Source of the DNA: Alphaproteobacteria bacterium
Lineage (GTDB): Bacteria > Pseudomonadota > Alphaproteobacteria > GCA-2731375
Length of the DNA: 64,000 nucleotides
Reading direction: 5' to 3'
Assembly: GCA_965238305.1 (NCBI GenBank)
Contig: CBDEHK010000001.1
Coordinates: 1,298,391-1,362,390, forward strand
The position numbers and the translations under genes are program-made. Shown here one piece after another: positions 57,296-64,000 of the stretch. The notes beneath the pieces were generated by a model that saw nothing but the letters and a program-made list of their open reading frames with translations, was not told where the DNA came from and did no database searches. Positions within the stretch are counted from its first letter, which is position 1. Every line of letters begins with the position of its first letter.

Positions 57296-58752
57296 TCCGA
57301 AAAAGGATTTTCGATGCGTGGCCAAAAGGCGTCAGTGAATTTCTGAAATGGGATATTGGCAAAGTCCGGGGTTATCGCCCCGGGCGTTGCCACATATATC
57401 ACTTCGCCGACGATGGGTGCAAAACCGGCATAAAAATGTTGCGTTGATTTGACCACCACCAGATCCTTGTCGCCTGGCTCAAGACCCAAACAAGTAAAGG
57501 CATCCGGGTTGAAGGTTTGGGTACGGACAGTGTTGATCACCAGGTCCAAGTTGTTCGCTGCCCTCAACCATACCGCCGTCCCCATACCCGCCTGATTAGC
57601 GCCGAAGGATTGTCGGGCGTTTTCCAATATTCTCACGACCTCGACATGCAGGTCGATGGGATCGCCCGAGTCCGGACCACATTTGCCGCCGATGCGTAAA
57701 TCCAGGCTTGCCCCTTCGCCCGCTTCTTCGCAAATCCGAACCGCCACCGGATCCCAGTAAATACCGGAGAGAACATTCCCAAGCTGACGATCCAATATCC
57801 GGCGCAACAGAAAGGTGGAATCCGACGGCGCGCCGCCGCCGGCATTGTCCGCAACATCAGCTAAGACAACTGGTTTGTCCGATTGCACGCCGGCGCGATC
57901 CAACGCTTCGTCGATCGTTAGCGTGTTTGTCTGCGCCTCTTCCCGCATCTCCCAGACCTGCTGGCCAAGCGAGGCCGCGGCTTTCGTAGCTGTTGCCATG
58001 TCACCATCCGCAACAACTAATATTTTGGCGCTGGCATGTTCGACATCGCCCCAAGGAAAACCATGGGCAAAGGATACCGACAGGATACCATTCCGGCCTT
58101 CCAAATCTTTCATGTGTTGGACGAAATTTTTAGTCGGCTGATCCGGCGTGCGCCACATATTGATCATGCGGCAATCATGGACGGCAATAATAGGCTTGGT
58201 TTCTTTTTGCGCAGCGGCGCGGCAAATCGTGAAAAGTTCTTCCGCCCGCGCGCCGGCGTCAATGTGAGGATATTCCTTATAAGTAATGATGACGTCGGCA
58301 TTCTCTGTCATTTGCGGCGTGATGCTGCAATGCAGATCCAGCTCCACGCCGATCACCACGTCTGGGCCGACAATTTCGCGCGCATGTTGCAAGATGTCGC
58401 CTTCGCAATCATCATAGCCGTCGGCGACCATAGCGCCGTGCATGTTGATCAGAACGACATCGAACGGCGCCCCAGCTTGTAAATCGGCCAATAACTCATC
58501 GCGCAGGTTTTCATAAACTTTACGCACGGTGATGCCGCCTGGTTGAGCAAAAGCAGCAATGCTTTCGACTACTTCACCCTGATGTTCTTCCGTCCGTCGG
58601 CGCCAGACATGCAACGGTTCCGTCGGCAAACTAGGCGCATGCTGTGTTGCGTCACCGCGATATAACACCGTCTCTTCAAAAGTTTTTAAGCCAGTTGGCA
58701 GCGAGGCAAAGGTGTTGGTTTCCGTACCCAGCGTGGCAATGAATACTTTCAT
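57292..58752 (-). CDS. M81 family metallopeptidase (microcystinase C MlrC-like)
   Basis: 486 aa. The N-terminal DUF1485-like and C-terminal DUF1446-like halves are typical of MlrC. Confidence 0.65.
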   Translation of the reverse strand: MKVFIATLGTETNTFASLPTGLKTFEETVLYRGDATQHAPSLPTEPLHVWRRRTEEHQGEVVESIAAFAQPGGITVRKVYENLRDELLADLQAGAPFDVVLINMHGAMVADGYDDCEGDILQHAREIVGPDVVIGVELDLHCSITPQMTENADVIITYKEYPHIDAGARAEELFTICRAAAQKETKPIIAVHDCRMINMWRTPDQPTKNFVQHMKDLEGRNGILSVSFAHGFPWGDVEHASAKILVVADGDMATATKAAASLGQQVWEMREEAQTNTLTIDEALDRAGVQSDKPVVLADVADNAGGGAPSDSTFLLRRILDRQLGNVLSGIYWDPVAVRICEEAGEGASLDLRIGGKCGPDSGDPIDLHVEVVRILENARQSFGANQAGMGTAVWLRAANNLDLVINTVRTQTFNPDAFTCLGLEPGDKDLVVVKSTQHFYAGFAPIVGEVIYVATPGAITPDFANIPFQKFTDAFWPRIENPFSD

Positions 58753-58784
58753 AAAATGAACCTCGAAATATTATGAACCAAAAA

Positions 58785-59909
58785 TCAAAATCGCGCCGGA
58801 CTAAGCGCTGCGGCCTGGACCCCTAAATCCTGTAGATCCACGGGTACCTCGTGACCAATCGCGAGTTCCGCCGTCAGGCGACCCATACTTGGCGCAGTTT
58901 GGATGCCATAACCACCCTGACCCGCCAACCAGAAAAATCCATCGGCCCGTGGATCGAAACCAACCACTGGCGTTTTGTCGGCAACAAAACTTCGCAAGCC
59001 CGCCCAACGATGGTCTATCTGGCGAACTTGCAGATCGGTCGCCGTTTCGATCCGATCAACAGCAATGGCAATATCAAGTTCTTCGGGCTGAATATCTTGC
59101 GGGGCGACCGGCGTTTCGTCGGCAGGTGAGCCAATCAATTTGCCGGCGTCGGGTTTAAAATAGAACGTTTCATCCACGTCGACACATAATGGCCAGTCAG
59201 CAAAATCAACGTCGCTACCCGGCTGGAATAGAAACGCGGTACGGCGTTTCGGCACCAGACCGACCGCTTTGGCGCCCGCCAATTCAGCGGCCTCATCACA
59301 CCAGGCACCGGCCGCATTGACAACGATGCCGGCATCGTAGCTGTCGGATGTGGTCTCCACCCTCCAGCGCCCGTTCACGGGTTCAAGTGCGGTGACCTCT
59401 GCCTGGACCATAAGAGCGGCGCCATGTTCCCTGGCGCCGCGCAGGAATCCTTGATGCAGGATGTCGACGTCAATATCCATGGCGTCCGGTTCCAACACTG
59501 CACCCGCGACATAGTCGTCGCGAAGGTGGGGGATGATGTTCAACGCGGTGAGGCTATCGACGCGTCTGATACTATCGATCAGGCGGCTCGATTCTTCCGC
59601 CACTTGATCGAGCCGATCGAGTTGATCTTCGCGCCCGATAAACATCGCGCCACGCTCGCTAAGAATGGCGTGTTCGACAAAACCTTTGGGCGGGGCCAGA
59701 AAGAACCCTTTGCCGCCGGTGGTCAGGGCGCGGATCGTGGCATTGCCATAGGCTTCACTATAAAGCGCCGCCGAACGGCCAGTGGAGTGGTAGCCGGGTT
59801 GGCTTTCGCGTTCCAAAATTAGCACGCGTCCGTGCTGAGCGAGAAAATAAGCGGCAGACGCACCGGCGATGCCGGCCCCTATGACCGCAAAATCAAAACT
59901 TTGCTGCAA
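58785..59909 (-). CDS. FAD-dependent oxidoreductase (DAO / glycine oxidase-like family)
   Basis: FDFAVIGAGIAGASAAYFLA is a GxGxxG dinucleotide-binding motif at the N-terminus. About 375 aa with a probable TTG start. Confidence 0.75.
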   Translation of the reverse strand: MQQSFDFAVIGAGIAGASAAYFLAQHGRVLILERESQPGYHSTGRSAALYSEAYGNATIRALTTGGKGFFLAPPKGFVEHAILSERGAMFIGREDQLDRLDQVAEESSRLIDSIRRVDSLTALNIIPHLRDDYVAGAVLEPDAMDIDVDILHQGFLRGAREHGAALMVQAEVTALEPVNGRWRVETTSDSYDAGIVVNAAGAWCDEAAELAGAKAVGLVPKRRTAFLFQPGSDVDFADWPLCVDVDETFYFKPDAGKLIGSPADETPVAPQDIQPEELDIAIAVDRIETATDLQVRQIDHRWAGLRSFVADKTPVVGFDPRADGFFWLAGQGGYGIQTAPSMGRLTAELAIGHEVPVDLQDLGVQAAALSPARF

Positions 59910-60010
59910 AATCTGCCCTCGGACTGAAAATATGATTGCGGCTATACAATCATGCGGCGGGTCGTGCGGATACGCTTTAGAAGTGGAACAGAGGCCGTGA
60001 AAATAATCTC

Positions 60011-60439
60011 CTATTCGCGCACCACCATCACCGAGCAATCGACATGGCGAACCACCCGAGAGGCGTTCGGACCGAGAAGATAATCTTTTAATTCCGGGCG
60101 ATGAGCGGAAATGACGATCACCTCACAATTAAGCTTTGCCGCGGCTTTGATGATTTCTTCGTAAATCGTGCCATGTGCGACATGGGCCTTAACTTCGATA
60201 TCGTCGTCGATATGACTAGATACATATTCCGCAATCGCCGTCTTCATCTTATCCATGGCCTCGACTTCGAAATCCTTGGGAAAAAAACCGCCAACGACCG
60301 GCATGCCGAAATTCGGCAAGACGGAGACAATATGTAAAGCCGCACCCCACAGGCGCGCCATTTCAACCGAAGTTTTCATTGCTTTTAGCGAAGTATCTGC
60401 TTCGCCCAGGTCAACCGGCAACAGGATCGATTTATACAT
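60011..60439 (-). CDS. universal stress protein (UspA family)
   Basis: 142 aa. ...ILLPVDLGEAD..., ...CEVIVISAHRPELKDYLLGPNASRVVRHVDCSVMVV ATP-binding motif. Confidence 0.85.
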   Translation of the reverse strand: MYKSILLPVDLGEADTSLKAMKTSVEMARLWGAALHIVSVLPNFGMPVVGGFFPKDFEVEAMDKMKTAIAEYVSSHIDDDIEVKAHVAHGTIYEEIIKAAAKLNCEVIVISAHRPELKDYLLGPNASRVVRHVDCSVMVVRE

Positions 60440-60450
60440 TTTTTCTCTCC

Positions 60451-63069
60451 TTAAGCGGCGGCTTTTTGTCGACTACGTTGCAGGAACACGACAAGCAATA
60501 ACAACAAAATGGCAGGAATGTAGAAGATTTCCTTAAAGATGCGATCTCTGGGTATTTCGACCGAAGAAATCGTCACCGGCGTATCGCCATAGAAATCCAT
60601 CTTCTCACCCAGCTTTTTTATAGTGTCGGGTGCGGTATTCAAGGGCTCTTCCAATACCGCCTTGTCGCCGTCGATTGTGACCATCAGACCGGCTTGGTTT
60701 AGGCGTGTCAAACCATCACCAGCCTTGCCCAAGGGTATCATCAAGCTGGTGGTGTAGGTCTCTTCAGCGTCGTCAAAATCGGGCCCGCTGATGGTGATGC
60801 GCAAAGCACCATTTTCAGGTTCTTTCCCAGCTAGGGTAACGGCTTCAGTGCCCGGTCGATCTTCAAACGGTTCGGATATTTTATCGAGCCAGAAGCCGGG
60901 CCGGAACAATGTGAAGGCAATGAGAAGTAATATAGCGGATTCCCAGATACGATTACGCACCAGGAACCAACTTTGCGTGGCCGACGCAAACAGCATCATC
61001 GCAATGACCGCAATAACAAAGACAAAAATACCTTTCGCCCAGCCGACATTTATCAGCAACAATTCCGTGTTGAACAGGAACAAGAACGGCAGCAAGGCGG
61101 TGCGGATATCGTAAGCAAAGCCTTGCAAACCGGTCTTGATCGGATCGCCTCCGGATATCGCCGCGGCGGCCAATGCGGCCAAACCAACAGGCGGCGTATC
61201 ATCCGCTAAGATGCCGAAATAGAAGACAAACATATGCACCGCGATCAACGGCACGATCAGGCCGCTTTTTGCCCCCAGTGCGACAATCACCGGCGCCATC
61301 AAGCTAGAGACGACGATATAGTTCGCCGTCGTCGGCAGGCCCATGCCCAAGATCAAACTCATGATGGCGACCAGGATCAACATCACAATCAACGAACCAC
61401 CGGAAAGAAACTCGACAAATTCACCGATAATATTATGCGCGCCGGTGAGGGAAATTGTCCCGACGATGATACCGGCGGCGCCGGTGGCGATGCCGATTGA
61501 GATCATGTTGCGAGAGCCGGCAATCATGCCGTCAATCCATTCACCAACGCCCTTCTTAAAGGCCGCGCCAAAATTACCGGTGCCACGCATCACCGCTTTA
61601 ATCGGATGCTGCGTCAAGGCGACGGTGATCATGGCAATCGACGCCCAGAAAGCAGACAAAGCCGGCGACAGACGTTCCAGAACGATGCACCAGATTAAGA
61701 TCACAATCGGCAGGACGAAATAAAGTCCGGTTATTGCCGTCGCCCCTGCTCTTGGCAGCTCAAGAATTGGCGCGTCCGGCGGATCCACCACCAGGTCGGG
61801 CAGCTTTGAAGCAAACCAAAGCAATATCAAATAAGCCGCGCCGCAAAGAGTTACAACGATTGGAAAAGCGGCTTCTGGCGCGACAACCTTGATCCAACCG
61901 ATGCCGAAATAGACGATCAGTCCCAATACGCCGATGCCGATAAAACCACCTAAAAAGCCGATGATTTTGCTCATGAAGGTCAGGGATGAAGGGGGCTTGG
62001 GCAAGCCTTTCAAGTCCATTTTCATCGCTTCCAAATGCACGATGTAAACCAGCGCAATATAGGAGACAATCGCCGGCACCAGGGCGTGAAGGATTATGTC
62101 GGTATAGGCAACGCCGGTAAATTCCGCGATCAGGAAGGCTGCTGCCCCCATCACCGGCGGCGTCAATTGCCCATTGGTCGACGAAGCAACTTCCACCGCG
62201 CCGGCTTTCTCAGCAGAAAAACCGGTCCGCTTCATCAGCGGGATCGTGAAGGTGCCGGTGGTAACCGTATTGGCAATGGAAGACCCTGAATAAAGTCCAC
62301 TCAATGCAGAGGCGATGACGGCCGCTTTCGCCGGGCCGCCACGGAAATGGCCAAGTAAAGCGAAGGCGATTTTAATGAAGAAATTGCCAGCTCCGGCCTT
62401 CTCCAATATCGAACCGAACATCACAAACAGGAAAATCAAGGTCGCCGAGACCCCCAAGGCGACGCCGAAGACGCCCTCGGTTTGCATCCAGAAGTGCCAC
62501 ATCGCTTTGCCGAAGGAGGCGCCTTTCCATTGCACCACTTCTGGCAACCAGCGCATATCGCCAAAGAAAACATATACCACAAAGACACCGGCGACGATCA
62601 CCAGCGGCAGGCCAAGGGAGCGGTAAACGGAAATGGCTAGGATGACCATGCCAATCGACGACATCACCAGATCGGCAGTGGTGGGCAGGCCGGCGCGCTC
62701 GGCAATATCGACGCGGTTATAAATAATATAAAAACACGTAAGGACCCCAACTATGGCCAACAACCAATCGTACCAAGGGATGCTGTCGCGTGGGCTATTC
62801 TTAGTCAGTGGGAAAGCCAACGCAGCCAAGAAAAGGGCAAAAGCCAAATGAATTAATCGCGCATTCGAGTTTGTGACGATGACGCTAAAGCCGATATGTT
62901 CGGTCAAAAAGAAGGGTAGGTTGGAAGCGATATATAGTTGGAAACAGGCCCAGGTAAAACAAACGATCAGGATGAACTTACCCTGCCAATTTGTCGGGTT
63001 TCGCGCACCGGTATCAACCTGTGCGACTAAATCATCAACTTGATCGGCCGACAGTGCAGACTTCGCCAT
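60451..63069 (-). CDS. TAXI-type TRAP transporter fused permease (DctQ-DctM fusion)
   Basis: 872-aa polytopic membrane protein, the size and architecture of TAXI-TRAP fused permeases. Adjacent to the TAXI binding-protein gene. Confidence 0.85.
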   Translation of the reverse strand: MAKSALSADQVDDLVAQVDTGARNPTNWQGKFILIVCFTWACFQLYIASNLPFFLTEHIGFSVIVTNSNARLIHLAFALFLAALAFPLTKNSPRDSIPWYDWLLAIVGVLTCFYIIYNRVDIAERAGLPTTADLVMSSIGMVILAISVYRSLGLPLVIVAGVFVVYVFFGDMRWLPEVVQWKGASFGKAMWHFWMQTEGVFGVALGVSATLIFLFVMFGSILEKAGAGNFFIKIAFALLGHFRGGPAKAAVIASALSGLYSGSSIANTVTTGTFTIPLMKRTGFSAEKAGAVEVASSTNGQLTPPVMGAAAFLIAEFTGVAYTDIILHALVPAIVSYIALVYIVHLEAMKMDLKGLPKPPSSLTFMSKIIGFLGGFIGIGVLGLIVYFGIGWIKVVAPEAAFPIVVTLCGAAYLILLWFASKLPDLVVDPPDAPILELPRAGATAITGLYFVLPIVILIWCIVLERLSPALSAFWASIAMITVALTQHPIKAVMRGTGNFGAAFKKGVGEWIDGMIAGSRNMISIGIATGAAGIIVGTISLTGAHNIIGEFVEFLSGGSLIVMLILVAIMSLILGMGLPTTANYIVVSSLMAPVIVALGAKSGLIVPLIAVHMFVFYFGILADDTPPVGLAALAAAAISGGDPIKTGLQGFAYDIRTALLPFLFLFNTELLLINVGWAKGIFVFVIAVIAMMLFASATQSWFLVRNRIWESAILLLIAFTLFRPGFWLDKISEPFEDRPGTEAVTLAGKEPENGALRITISGPDFDDAEETYTTSLMIPLGKAGDGLTRLNQAGLMVTIDGDKAVLEEPLNTAPDTIKKLGEKMDFYGDTPVTISSVEIPRDRIFKEIFYIPAILLLLLVVFLQRSRQKAAA

Positions 63070-63162
63070 AGTCTTATCCCCCCCAAGGATTATGTATTTT
63101 TATCGTTATAATATTATGAGGTTACGGGGCGACCGAAGCCGCCCCGTCCCAATTGGACTGGC

Positions 63163-64000
63163 TTACATCCAACCTTTTTCTTTGTAATATTTGACCGCAC
63201 CGTCATGCAGGGGCGCAGACAAACCGTCTGAAATCATCTCTTTCGGTTTCAAGTGGCCAAACGCCGGATGCAGTTTCTTGAACTGGTCGATATTGTCGAA
63301 CACGGCTTTCACAACCACGTAGACAACATCGTTCGACACGGCTGCGCTGCTAACAAATGTCGCACCGACACCGAAAGTCATAACGTCTTTTTTGTTGTTA
63401 TACATACCAGCCGGGATTGTCGCTGTCCGATAGTAGGAATTATCGGCAACCAGTTTGTCAATTGCCGGTCCTGTAACGTTGACTAGATGGGCATCGCAAG
63501 TCGCCAGCGATTCTTGCGTTAAAGCTGACGGATGGCCAACCAACCAGAAATAAGCGTCGATTTTACCGTCGCAAACCGCTTGTCCGGTTTCAGCCGATTT
63601 CATCTCCGCCGCTAATTTCAAATCGGAACGCGACCAACCAAGGGCTTTTTCCAAAACTTCCCAGGTGCCGCGGGTACCGGAACCGGGATTGCCGATATTT
63701 AGACGCTTGCCTTTGACATCGGTCAAATTCATAACGCCGGACGAGTCACTGGCAATTACAGTCACCGGTTCCGGATGGACCGAAAAGACCGCCCGCAAAT
63801 CCTTGTAGGCACCGGCTTTTTCGAACTTTGACGTGCCATTATAGGCATGGTATTGCCAATCTGACTGAGCCACGCCAAATTCCAATTCGCCGGCGCGGAC
63901 GGTGTTGATATTGTAAATTGAACCGCCGGTAGATTCCGCCGAGCAACGAATGCCGTGTTTTTTGCGGCCTTTGTTGACCAGACGGCAAATGGCGCCGCCG
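63163..64000 (-). CDS. TAXI family TRAP transporter solute-binding subunit (3' portion; N-terminus beyond window end)
   Basis: C-terminal ...HLKPKEMISDGLSAPLHDGAVKYYKEKGWM is the TAXI/Imp-like signature. The reading frame stays open upstream to the window edge. Confidence 0.8.
   Translation of the reverse strand, partial: GGAICRLVNKGRKKHGIRCSAESTGGSIYNINTVRAGELEFGVAQSDWQYHAYNGTSKFEKAGAYKDLRAVFSVHPEPVTVIASDSSGVMNLTDVKGKRLNIGNPGSGTRGTWEVLEKALGWSRSDLKLAAEMKSAETGQAVCDGKIDAYFWLVGHPSALTQESLATCDAHLVNVTGPAIDKLVADNSYYRTATIPAGMYNNKKDVMTFGVGATFVSSAAVSNDVVYVVVKAVFDNIDQFKKLHPAFGHLKPKEMISDGLSAPLHDGAVKYYKEKGWM

Noticed and set aside
1-64000. CRISPR arrays, IS elements/transposases, integrases and toxin-antitoxin pairs
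   Set aside because: I looked for spaced direct repeats, terminal inverted repeats, DDE or tyrosine-recombinase motifs and small paired ORFs. None were found. The only repetitive DNA is the coding tandem repeat at 9.8-10.4 kb and the duplicated gene end at 2.0 and 5.2 kb.

Overview
The window is about 56% GC and looks like chromosomal DNA from a Gram-negative proteobacterium, probably an alphaproteobacterium judging by the argD-argF-hslO arrangement and the TAXI-TRAP and RND genes. It is densely coding. Housekeeping genes include prfC (5' part), a DksA/TraR-type protein, msrB, argE, hslO-argF-argD, trkH, apaG, a thiolase and an RND efflux pair. A GntR-controlled catabolic cluster carries a DapA-like lyase, an amidohydrolase, hydantoinase/oxoprolinase A and B, a serine hydrolase, a class-III aminotransferase and two adjacent acyl-CoA dehydrogenases. 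A dTDP-rhamnose (rfbCADB) and glycosyltransferase cluster has an amber codon inside rfbB. There is a PAS-GGDEF gene, one tRNA-Gly(CCC), an acyl-CoA-ligase/Fe-S/ligase cluster and a TAXI-TRAP transporter. The main accessory signals are these. (1) A roughly 3-kb lower-GC island at about 2.2-5.4 kb sits in the 3' end of a class-I glutamine amidotransferase gene. It is flanked by an imperfect duplicated copy of that gene's 3' end. It carries two lipoproteins, a 47-aa ORF and a GH46 (chitosanase-fold) hydrolase fused to a peptidoglycan-binding domain. (2) A secreted protein has about 35 tandem CNPC/CxxC 'KKACNPC' repeats (about 60 Cys) fused to a cytochrome-P460-like CXXCH domain, divergent from a formylglycine-generating-enzyme-family gene. 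(3) Two candidate selenoproteins have an in-frame UGA in a UxxC motif with the UGA at the base of a hairpin. One is GrdB/PrdB-like, flanked by a DsbA-like and a glutaredoxin-like gene. The other is a signal-peptide thioredoxin-fold protein (WUSTC) immediately downstream of ccdA. No CRISPR array, IS element or integrase was recognised.
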